DNA of 64,000 nucleotides, taken from an uncultured Nitrososphaeraceae archaeon. Its GTDB lineage: Archaea; Thermoproteota; Nitrososphaeria; Nitrososphaerales; Nitrososphaeraceae. The position numbers and the translations under genes were made by a program. This document shows, one piece after another, positions 36,077 to 45,308 of this stretch; positions within the stretch are counted from its first letter, which is position 1; every line of letters begins with the position of its first letter. Location of the stretch: NCBI GenBank assembly GCA_963779615.1, contig CAVZZA010000003.1, positions 224,001 through 288,000 of the forward strand, given 5' to 3'. The notes beneath the pieces were generated by a model. It worked only from the letters and a program-made list of their open reading frames with translations, made no database searches and was not told the DNA's origin.

Positions 36077-36989
36077 ATGAATACACCGTTGGCAGGCAAG
36101 GTTGCCTTGGTCGCCGGAGCGACCCGTGGAGCGGGACGAGGGATAGCTGTGCAGTTAGGAGCGGCCGGAGCGATCGTCTACGTTACTGGGCGTACGACAC
36201 AGTCAGAACGATCGGAAATGAGGCGACCAGAGACGATTGAAGAAACCGCGTCTCTCGTGGATGAAGCCGGCGGCCAAGGGATTGCAGTCCAAGTAGACCA
36301 CCTCATCCCTGACCAGGTGCGCGCGCTTGTGGCTCGCATAAGAGGCGAACAGGACGCCCTGCACGTTCTTGTGAATGATATCTGGGGCGCCACGACGATG
36401 GAATGGAACAAATCGGTCTGGGAATCCTCTTTGAATATTGGGCTGCGCACTCTGCGTCTGGGTGTGGACACGCACGCCATTACCAGCCACTTCGCGATAC
36501 CGCTACTCATCAAGTCACCCGGTGGTTTGGTTGTTGAAGTGACTGACGGAACTGATGAGTACAACGCGACCAACTACAGAGTCTCATTCTTCTATGACCT
36601 GGCCAAGGCATCAGTAAATCGAATGGCGTTAGCACTTGCTCACGAGTTGCAGCCATACAATGCAACGGCGGTATCACTCACTCCTGGTTGGCTGCGATCA
36701 GAGGCCATGCTCGAGTACGTACGGTGTCACCGAATCGAACTGGCGGGATGCAACAAAGCGCACACCTCACTTCGCTATTTCTGAAAGTCCTGCGTTCGTT
36801 GGCAGGGCCATAGCGGCGCTTGCACAAGATCCCAACGTATCGCGTTGGAACGGAAAGTCGTTGTCCAGCGGACAACTTGCGAAAATCTACGGGTTTACTG
36901 ATCTAGACGGTAGCCAGCCCGATTGCTGGCGGTACGTCACCGAAGTTCAGGACGCAGGCAAACCTGCCGATGTAACCGGATATCGATAA
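36077..36989 (+). pseudogene. SDR family oxidoreductase, frameshifted near 36715
   Basis: VAGATRGAGRG, LVNDIWG, YDLAK; C-terminus SESPAFVGRA...DLDGSQPD in another frame; GC-rich. Confidence 0.85.
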
Positions 36990-37831
36990 CACCTGTGGAA
37001 GGCGACCTAGTTCTGTTATGATCCTCTTCACAAGCATGGCGTAGACGAAACTAGTAGCAAATGTTTATTTCTTTCGGCCGTCGAGCTAAAGAGGTTCCTA
37101 ATGAAATCTATCTCATTTGTTTTTGATTGTTTGGCTGTAACTCAGAATACACTTATCCCTTTTTGAAAAAAGTCCTTCAATGATGAAGCTATCAGGCTTG
37201 GGGTATTACAGATATCGGTTCTCTATAAGAGATTACAATACCAATATGATAATGTTTGATTTAAGGTGTACTTAGAACAGGTTTATGACCGGATTGAATC
37301 CAAACGTATTTGCATAAATTATATGAAAATCTAGTATTTTAAAAATTGTAAACCCAATATTTTGGTTAAATTTGACATGGCATAGGGTAGTAACAGATGA
37401 TTTTGAGGATGGATTCAGCGGAAACAATGATAAAATTTGCCGTGATGATCGCAATAATCACTGCCAAGAAAAAATACAGGGCCTTCAATAATCCACTTTT
37501 TCAATGACTATCAATATTTCTTATAAAATTTTTTTTGCAAATAATTTTTATATGTCTGTCATAAGAAGAGTTTTCAGATATAGGGAGTATCCATATACTC
37601 AATCATGGTGACAAGAGAAATTATAACTTATTTAGGTATTTAATCACAGGCCACCGCTATAAAGTAAGAGTATTCCACCTAACATTAAAAACAGAAACTA
37701 AAAAATAGGCAATGTTGAGGCCATCTGTAAGAAAAATTCTAAATTTATCTGGCTGTTGCCATATAAAATAAATATTTGGGCCATAATAAAACATATCTGC
37801 TTTTGACTATTACCGTAGCGTTGGATAGATA

Positions 37832-38749
37832 ATGGTAAAAAATCAAAAGGTGGCGGTTGTAACGGGAAGTTCATCAGGCATAGGATTTGAAACATCCTTG
37901 GCACTTGCAAGGAAAGGTTATGTTACCTACGCTACTATGAGGGATTTGCGAAAATCCAAAAACCTGGAGGGAATTGCCCATGATGCAAACGTTTCGCTGA
38001 AAACTATCGAGATGGACGTTGACCATGATCATTCGGTTGGGAACGCAATAGACAAGATTGTTGGTGAATCCGGCCGGATTGATGTGCTGGTCAACAATGC
38101 AGGGTTTGGTCTTTTTGGATCGTTGGAGGATCTTGAGATGGAAGAGATAAAAAAGCAATACGAAACAAATGTGTTTGGTGTAATAAGGGTGACCAAAAAT
38201 GTCCTTCCAACAATGAGACTCAGACAGAATGGAATCATAGTCAATATTAGCTCCATAGCTGGATTGGCAGGCGTTCCTTCCCAATCCATTTACTGTGGAA
38301 CGAAGTTTGCAGTTGAGGGCTTTAGCGAATCCCTGTCTTTTGAGGTTGAGCCTTTTGGGATAAAAGTGATACTTGTTGAACCGGGGGCAATAAACACGGA
38401 ATTTGCAAAGGATTTGATAGTGCCAACCAACAGGTATGGAGTTGGCAAAAATGCAGAATATGTCAATCAACCCGTTCATAAAGACAATGGGGATAATTTG
38501 TTGTCCTCCTATAGCAACACCATAGGAAAATTCTTGTCATTTTATTACAAGGCAATGAGCAACGCTCCCCACCCTGAGGTTGTTGCCAATGAGACAATCC
38601 GAGCAATAGAAAAAGTTTCTGATGGAAGCAATGCCGAACCTATTCTGAGGGTAACAGTTGGAAATGACTCTAAAAAGTATTCCAAATTAAAAAAGGAACT
38701 ATCAGACAGTGAATTTCATAAAACACTAAGAGAGGATTTGTTAAGGTAG
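37832..38749 (+). CDS. SDR family oxidoreductase
   Basis: TGSSSGIG, NNAG and YCGTK motifs. Confidence 0.92.
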   Translation: MVKNQKVAVVTGSSSGIGFETSLALARKGYVTYATMRDLRKSKNLEGIAHDANVSLKTIEMDVDHDHSVGNAIDKIVGESGRIDVLVNNAGFGLFGSLEDLEMEEIKKQYETNVFGVIRVTKNVLPTMRLRQNGIIVNISSIAGLAGVPSQSIYCGTKFAVEGFSESLSFEVEPFGIKVILVEPGAINTEFAKDLIVPTNRYGVGKNAEYVNQPVHKDNGDNLLSSYSNTIGKFLSFYYKAMSNAPHPEVVANETIRAIEKVSDGSNAEPILRVTVGNDSKKYSKLKKELSDSEFHKTLREDLLR

Positions 38750-38892
38750 GTTGAACTATTTTCAGTTGAGTGCCTTTCTTTTGAGATTATCATAACAAGA
38801 GGTTAAAAAGCCCCGCGTGAGAGCCTAAATCTATTTTAACATTCAAAGACAAAGGGTTCTGACGATACAGGGGCTCAGTCACTATTTCAGCT

Positions 38893-39010
38893 TTGAATAA
38901 GGGGGTTTAAGCAGGATAGGTAAATGGGTTCAATAACTTAATGCATAGTTGCAGTTTGATTTTAACCTTTAAATCAAAAGTAAAATCCGTATATGAGACA
39001 AACTAGCTGA
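38893..39010 (-). repeat. Degenerate tRNA-derived att-like repeat, type B
   Basis: ttgaataagggggtttaagcaggataggtaaatgggttcaataact...aatccgtatatga. Confidence 0.7.
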
Positions 39011-39344
39011 AAGAATAATCACCACTTCGTCCATCTCTTTTGCCATAACCGCATTCTCAAGTTTCTGGCAATTGCATTTTTTCTGATTAAACGGATTTAT
39101 GATTTTTGCTTTCTTCTTTATCGTCATCAATGTCGTATTCGGTATAAACTATTTTTGGCATTCTCGATAGTATGTAATTGAGTTTATTAGCGTTTGCCTT
39201 AAATTCAATAGAAGAATATGGTGTGAACTTGATGAGAATCTTTCACACATAACAATATTTACTAAAAAGCCTGAAAACGATTTTATAACAATTGGAAAAG
39301 GTATACCCTTTAATGGTATTATAGAAATGATCCCTTGTGGTTAG

Positions 39345-39390
39345 TGGGCCCAAGGGGTTTGGTAACAGACATAATGCGGGTCCAAATTTG
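39345..39390 (-). repeat. tRNA-derived att-like repeat, type A
   Basis: tgggcccaaggggtttggtaacagacataatgcgggtccaaatttg. Confidence 0.8.
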
Positions 39391-40083
39391 CCGTTGCATA
39401 AGTCCCAACACCCACCATGAAAAGTTGTTTGGTGTCAAACTGAGGTGCAGGATCTGATTTGACATGCAGTATAAATGGAATAACCATATCATAGTCTGTC
39501 CATTGATCTCAATAATCAGTTTTTTAGTCCTTCAAAAAATTTTTGCCAATTTTGCTTTTATTCTGTTTTTTTCCATAGATATGATATGGGGAATTATGGC
39601 GTTTTCTGCATCCATAGAGGCACAGCACTGTCTTGCCGTCGGTGCTGAATCGATACTCCGCTATCCCATACGACAAAAGCGAAAGGGCAAAAAGTAAAGT
39701 TTTGGGTTTTGCTATTGTATGCGTTTTTTGTCGAATTGAAAACATCGATAAGGTCGGATTTGACATGACTTTAAAATCTACAATAGTTTTAGATGAGATA
39801 CCATAGAACACACCTTTTTGATAACATTAGAAAAACATGAAACGTGAGAGGGAATCCCTGCATACATGAATGGATTCCCATCTATGAATTGAATCATTAG
39901 TTGGGTGAACAGAGGGCAGAAACATCTAGCTAAATATCTACAATGGGCGGCATCAGAATGGGTTGTTCACACCGAGTTATCCGCGACCACTTTTAAAGCC
40001 AAAATTTTTAGATTCTATCAAGGCCCCTGAAATATTCAAGTATCGATAAATACTATTTTGCCTATATCATGAAATGACACCTT

Positions 40084-40845
40084 ATGCAAAATATTGGCGA
40101 TAAAATAGTCTATGACACCATGGAGGAAATCCTGAATCCTTCGCACACGGCATTGGTGCTGTGGGACGCCATAGACGCATTCACAAAAATGACTTTCAAC
40201 AGGGAGGAATTCGTCAGGAACCTGAATAATCTTGTGGAGGCTGCGCGTAAATCAAACGTTCCGGCATTCTTTACAACAATTCAGATCCTGCCAAAACGGT
40301 TCGAGTCTTCTGCTAACATTTACACCATGGGCAAACTTGGCTTTGACCGCCTGTTTGAACAGATTAAATCAGAAGCGATGGAATTCACAATAAAACCGAG
40401 ACAGGACGAGACGGTAATACACAAGCACACCGCAAGCATATTCATAGACACTGGCTTTGAGCGGATGCTCAGGAGCGCCGGCATTGTCACAGTTCTCTTC
40501 ACCGGCATTGCCACGGAGTGTGGAATAGAGTCCAGCGCCAGGGATGCTTTCAACAGGGGATTCTATTCGGTAGTGGCCTCAGACTGTGTTTCTTCACCAT
40601 ACAAAGAGGGACACGAAAGATCGATTGAGAACATGAAGAACCTCTTAACCGTCACAGAGTCAAGAGAAGATCCTAAAAGTTTGGTCAAAACTCTAGAAGC
40701 AGAGCATCCAACCCCCCATGCTTTGTCTCCATTCCTGTTTTCCTCATTGTTACTCGAGGAATTTGTCGTTGGAAAGACAATGAATAATTTTGAACCTTGG
40801 CTTTTGGCAAATTTATCATGGGCCCAAGGGGGTTTGAACCCCTGA
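40084..40845 (+). CDS. Isochorismatase-like cysteine hydrolase; natural end probably near 40697, a frameshift extends the ORF antisense into the tRNA
   Basis: TALVLWD, KHTASIF, GIATECGIESSARDA; the alternative frame gives ILKVWSKL*. Confidence 0.8.
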   Translation: MQNIGDKIVYDTMEEILNPSHTALVLWDAIDAFTKMTFNREEFVRNLNNLVEAARKSNVPAFFTTIQILPKRFESSANIYTMGKLGFDRLFEQIKSEAMEFTIKPRQDETVIHKHTASIFIDTGFERMLRSAGIVTVLFTGIATECGIESSARDAFNRGFYSVVASDCVSSPYKEGHERSIENMKNLLTVTESREDPKSLVKTLEAEHPTPHALSPFLFSSLLLEEFVVGKTMNNFEPWLLANLSWAQGGLNP

Positions 40846-40892
40846 CCTACCGGTTATGAGCCGGTCGCTCTACCAGGCTAAGCTATGGGCCC
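40819..40892 (-). tRNA. tRNA with CAT anticodon, probably tRNA-Ile2
   Basis: GGGCCCATAGCTTAGCCTGGTAGAGCGACCGGCT-CAT-AACCGGTAGGTCAGGGGTTCAAACCCCCTTGGGCCCA folds as a cloverleaf; the GGGCCC acceptor stem is typical of archaeal Ile tRNAs. Confidence 0.92.
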
Positions 40893-40953
40893 GTCATTTT
40901 ACTTTATCGAATCTATGACTGTATAAAGGTTTTGATTATCCCAAAGAAGACAT

Positions 40954-41616
40954 TTAACAAGCAATAGTATTGTCTACATATTTGCTTTTTACCGAATCTA
41001 ACAGCCTATTCTGGTCCTCAAGTGACAATACTACTGCATTCAATATCTTTTCCTTTTTGTCGTCAGATGATTCTTTTATTATGTTTTCCCAAATTTTAGA
41101 ATGGTAAATGTCTATTTCTTTGTGGATATTAAAATATTCATTGGATTCCTCATCAGTGATACCGTAAAACTTAGCAAGCCCATCTAATTTGGTTTCGCTT
41201 ATTTTTGGCAATTGTTTTTCAAAGGCATACAACACAGCAACAGCTTCCTCAAAGGATGATTCAGACAATTTGATCATATGGCCAACAGATTGTTTTGTCA
41301 AATCCTCACCAACACAATCCATCAACTCGGTTTTGTCAACCTGCAAAGAGGAGGAAAATTTAATCCATGGCTCAATGTGCTCACGCTCATCCTGCAGGAT
41401 AGTTTGAATCGAATTTTCGTATTTTCTAACTTTGTTTGTTTTCAAGGCGTTTTCTACCAACAGGGGAACTGCTTTTACCAATTGAAAATATTCTTTAGAA
41501 TAACCTGCCAGATGATCCAAAGTTAATTTGCCTTCTTGCCATAATCTATAGAAATCATGTTTTAACAAGCTGTATCTTTCTATTTCAAGATCAATCTGAT
41601 CAATTAAACTATGCAT
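40954..41616 (-). CDS. TenA/PqqC/CADD-like heme-oxygenase-fold protein
   Basis: LLKHDFY..WQEG.L, YSKEYFQLV, E..H and YF.IH...D..H motifs. Confidence 0.8.
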   Translation of the reverse strand: MHSLIDQIDLEIERYSLLKHDFYRLWQEGKLTLDHLAGYSKEYFQLVKAVPLLVENALKTNKVRKYENSIQTILQDEREHIEPWIKFSSSLQVDKTELMDCVGEDLTKQSVGHMIKLSESSFEEAVAVLYAFEKQLPKISETKLDGLAKFYGITDEESNEYFNIHKEIDIYHSKIWENIIKESSDDKKEKILNAVVLSLEDQNRLLDSVKSKYVDNTIAC

Positions 41617-41727
41617 ACATCATTAAGAGTCATTTTCTTATAAAAAAACATTTTGACCAAGGTAAAAATAGGCAAATTAATGGAATAAGAAAGGATTTTA
41701 TAATATTCCTAAAATACACACATTGAA

Positions 41728-41824
41728 GCTCCGGTGGTGTAGAAGCACCCAAAGGCTGCACAGTCCGGTCAAGCATTGCGGCCTTTCGAGTCGCAAATCC
41801 CGGGTTCAAATCCCGGCCGGAGCA
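41728..41824 (+). tRNA. tRNA-Glu(TTC) with a 21-nt non-canonical D-arm intron (about 41743-41763)
   Basis: Removing aagcacccaaaggctgcacag gives GCTCCGGTGGTGTAGTCCGGTCAAGCATTGCGGCCT-TTC-GAGTCGCAAATCCCGGGTTCAAATCCCGGCCGGAGCA. Confidence 0.9.
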
Positions 41825-41986
41825 TCGCTTCTTTTCCGACATATCAAAGTTTTGGCAACTTACGCCACAACAATAACACAAAATTTCAAGATAGTGAGGG
41901 AAACAGCAAAAAACCTACGTTTTCAAACTGTCCTCCTAATCACCTCAGTGTGGTAATGCCCACTAAAGTTGTTGCAGACACCTTAC
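41782..41986 (+). repeat. Left att direct repeat (205 bp)
   Basis: Matches 60882-61086 with one mismatch seen (gcaaat versus gcagat). Confidence 0.95.
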
Positions 41987-42786
41987 CGAATTTGGTAAGG
42001 TCACCACCATCACCAAAGGAACAGCAGCAAAGCATATGGGCAGACTTTAAGAACTACCTGGTAAACGAGGGGCAGAGACAGCACAGCGTAAGGAACAAGG
42101 TGGGGTATGCCAAAAGATTCCATTACGTTTTGGAGTCAAAGGATGCCCGTGACCTTCTGAAACTATCGCACGGCTCGAAGGTGCACACCATGAAGGCTTT
42201 GGCGTCTTTGTCAAAGTTTTTGGGAAGATATGACGAGTGGTTGGAAATTGTGAAGAGGCACCAGTTGAAATGGTCAAAGCCCGACAACTCCGCCAAAGCC
42301 TTCAAGTCCATTTTTGACAGCGAGGGTGATGGCAAGAACCTTGAATCAATGGCAAGGTGGATCAGGGATGTCTCGGCGGCCCTGCCTGCAGAATACAGGA
42401 ATATCCTGGTGTTCAACACACTAACCGGCCTTAGGCCGGATGAGGCACAGAAGGCCATTCATTTGATAAAGACCAAAGGGCAAGAATACATCGACAGAGA
42501 CAGGATGATACTAAAGCACTACCAGTTTCCCAAAACCTTTCTAAGGCAAACAAAGAACGCATACATCAGTGTTGTCAACCTAGACATTCTGGAAATGACA
42601 AAGAACACCATTGACAAAGAACATTACTACCCGTCATTGCGCAAGAGGATAGAAGCCACAAAGGGTTTTGGAATGAGCATGATTTATTGCCGCAAGGTCT
42701 TTGCCACCTTTCTGAGGAACAGGGGCATCGAACCGGAAATAATAGACCTGCTGCAGGGCAGGATATCCAGCTCTGTGTTTGTGAAC

Positions 42787-43791
42787 TGCTTTGTTGCATG
42801 ATTCTTAAAAATCTGCAATCATGTGGCACATTTTGTCTAAAAAGATATCATCTTATTATATAACGATGCTTTTAATATCATTTCTTTTATCATATTCTCA
42901 AACTTTACAGAATAAACGTACTCCCCAAACGTCCTCTTTATACACGAAAACACGGTTTCGGCCATCCATCTTTGTCCATAGCTTACGCTATCCTTCCATT
43001 TTTTAATATCATTTCTTTGGGCTAACACTGATAGGTTCCTAAGAAAATGTCCTGTTTTCAATCTGACTCTTGCATTCTTTCTTACTTTAATACAAGGCAG
43101 GATTCCATTGTCTGCCATGCATCTAAAAATATCATTATTATCATAGGCACCATCAGCAAATAGTTTGGATATTGTTATTTTTCCACTATCAGATTTTATG
43201 ACATTCTTAACCAATTCAGGTAACGCTTTGCTATCGTGAACATGCTCGTCAGTAACCTTCATCGAAAGGATTTTCTTGCTCTTCACGTTTACTGCTATGT
43301 GGATTTTCAAATATCTCTTTCTTATACTCCATTTGTCTCTTAACCACTGGCCTCTGTTCGTAACCTTGATGCCGGTACTGTCTATTGCAATGATAAGGTA
43401 GTCATCTTCAGATTCCATGCTTTTGTTATTGTCTTCTGTTTTCATATCCAGCCTGTTTATTCTCCTGCTTATTGTGGTATAATCTGGAATGGAAGGTACT
43501 TTCCCTTTCGCATGTCCTTGTGCAATTCCCTCTGTCTGTCTGTATGGAAGATGAAAGTACACTTTGGCATAGCCAAGTAAAAGAAGAAATGTATTAGGAT
43601 AGTGAAATGGCTCACCGATTTTGTCTTTATTCATCTCTTTTAGCTCTGCATCCCAGTTGTCAATAACGTCAAAACCAATCAGTATTTCACCTCGTCTAAC
43701 TAGAAATTGGTTGTAGTATGGCCATTTCATATGGTTTACTAGTTGAGGCTAGTAAATGTATTTGGAAATAGGGGAATCATGCAACAAAGCA
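42787..43791 (-). mobile_element. IS5-family insertion sequence (1005 bp)
   Basis: 18-bp terminal inverted repeats tgctttgttgcatgattc; 9-bp target duplication tttgtgaac at 42778-42786 and 43792-43800. Confidence 0.95.
42837..43730 (-). CDS. IS5 family transposase
   Basis: YN..LVRRG, PDYTTISRR, IDSTG, ADGAYD and RWMAETVFS..K motifs. Confidence 0.93.
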   Translation of the reverse strand: MKWPYYNQFLVRRGEILIGFDVIDNWDAELKEMNKDKIGEPFHYPNTFLLLLGYAKVYFHLPYRQTEGIAQGHAKGKVPSIPDYTTISRRINRLDMKTEDNNKSMESEDDYLIIAIDSTGIKVTNRGQWLRDKWSIRKRYLKIHIAVNVKSKKILSMKVTDEHVHDSKALPELVKNVIKSDSGKITISKLFADGAYDNNDIFRCMADNGILPCIKVRKNARVRLKTGHFLRNLSVLAQRNDIKKWKDSVSYGQRWMAETVFSCIKRTFGEYVYSVKFENMIKEMILKASLYNKMISF

Positions 43792-43966
43792 TTTGTGAAC
43801 CACTACTACAGACCGGACATCAATGAGATGATTGCGAGTAAAATAAGGCCTGCATTGCACTCTTTAAGCAAGGTTATAGAAACTGTTGGATGAATAGATA
43901 TAGCAGCTATAACAACATATGATTATCATTGTTTTTGATTTTTATTGGAATAAAAAAAGGGATAGA

Positions 43967-44626
43967 TCATGGGTTGTCGAAACATACCGCAATAGTAGTT
44001 ATATCAATGTTAGGGCCAGTTACCGTTGTTGTCCATCCTATTGAACTATCGGGTTGAAAATTAATGCCTCGAACTGTTCCTCCTCCATTATTTGCTAAAA
44101 GATTATAACCACCACTCAAAACAGTATCCCCAAAATTACATGTAACTGTGGAGGTAGCAGTCGATGGCGTATCTGGTCCTGATGTAACAAGAGGACCTAC
44201 CTTAATGTAAGTTTTTCCGAATAAACTAGATAGACCTGCCGATCCTGTCGCTCCGGTAGCCCCTGTTGCTCCTCGTTCACCGTTAGTTCCATTAAGTCCC
44301 TGTGGACCTTGAGTCCCTGGTGATGATGTTGCATTGGTAGCGGAAAGAGAGTTCGCAGTTGTGCTTTGATCATTAAAGCCGGATGCAGAATTATCATTAC
44401 CGGTTATCTGTTGTCCCTCATTGGCCTGTTTGCAACCGTCAGACCTGTGGCAGAGGTTGTCCTGGCCCACTTGTTGTTTGACGTCCTGCTTTAAATCCGA
44501 GGATTTAGGACTTGCGGCATATGCTGACTGTTGTAATGGATTGAGATTTGGCAACAAAGCAAACATGGATGATATTGATATCCCCATAATGACTACAATC
44601 GGTAAATAGTTAATTCTTTTATGCAT
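43967..44626 (-). CDS. Secreted QDNxC-module protein with collagen-like repeats and a C-terminal globular domain
   Basis: QDNLCHRSDGCKQANEGQQ...GFNDQS, about ten Gly-X-Y triplets, C...D.VLSGGY...AVC. Confidence 0.8.
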   Translation of the reverse strand: MHKRINYLPIVVIMGISISSMFALLPNLNPLQQSAYAASPKSSDLKQDVKQQVGQDNLCHRSDGCKQANEGQQITGNDNSASGFNDQSTTANSLSATNATSSPGTQGPQGLNGTNGERGATGATGATGSAGLSSLFGKTYIKVGPLVTSGPDTPSTATSTVTCNFGDTVLSGGYNLLANNGGGTVRGINFQPDSSIGWTTTVTGPNIDITTIAVCFDNP

Positions 44627-44796
44627 TACTAAAAATTGTTTCTACCAATACATTTGAAATAGACAGTTGTCAATACTTTTTCAGTTCCTTGTGAATACGG
44701 GACACAAAACTAGGGGATTAAAAGACATTTTAACTTGATAAGAATACCACTCTCGATATATTAAGAATGACTAAAACTAAATCCGTTTAACTTTCA

Positions 44797-44940
44797 AATG
44801 TATTACCGCAAGGTCTTTGCGACTATCTCAACCAGCGACATAGAACAGAATGAAATTTGCTGAAGGGCATGGATATGGAGCTCTGTTTTTGTAAACCTCT
44901 ATCAAGCCACAATATCAATGAACACAACTAGCAAGATGTT
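44797..44940 (+). pseudogene. Decayed second copy of the integrase 3' end
   Basis: tattaccgcaaggtctttgcgac...agctctgtttttgtaaac...atcaatga aligns with 42684-42786 joined to 43801-43830. Confidence 0.7.
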
Positions 44941-45014
44941 CAGTACTAGCCCGTTAAAAGAACTAGCCTAGCCATTGTCAATATATGAACTATTCTTATA
45001 TACTCATTCGTTGA

Positions 45015-45308
45015 TTGAGGCGCATGTATAGGCATTTGGATGACTCTGAAACACCAAAAGACAAAGCATACCATAACATAATGCAACGATTAAGCAGCTT
45101 TATGGAATGCCTGCCAACAGAATCAGACCAGCAACTTTTGTTAAACATGATTTCTGAGTGCTACTACAAAAATAATGAGGCGATAAAGGCAAAGGAAAAG
45201 GATGACCCAAGCCTGGTTATGCCTTTGGTTATGGCCTTGCTTGTGGATCAGCAAACAATGGTTGATAAGGTGAAAAACCACAGGAGAAACAATGAATCCC
45301 CACTCTGA
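45015..45308 (+). CDS. Hypothetical protein
   Basis: 97-aa ORF overlapping the next gene start. Confidence 0.5.
   Translation: MRRMYRHLDDSETPKDKAYHNIMQRLSSFMECLPTESDQQLLLNMISECYYKNNEAIKAKEKDDPSLVMPLVMALLVDQQTMVDKVKNHRRNNESPL

Larger units (their letters stand above)
41782..43893 (+). pseudogene. Tyrosine integrase C-terminal fragment int(C), interrupted by IS5
   Basis: TGLRPDEA, YCRKVFAT, LLQGR...VFVN; continues after the IS as HYYRPDINE...VG* (43801-43893). Confidence 0.9.

Noticed and set aside
8276-39390. Dispersed repeats read as a CRISPR array
   Set aside because: Spacing is 0.45-8.5 kb and irregular, there are no cas genes, and the core matches a tRNA end.
40698-40845. Isochorismatase C-terminal extension overlapping the tRNA, as in a split integrase
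   Set aside because: The extension has no integrase features and is better explained by a frameshift near 40665.
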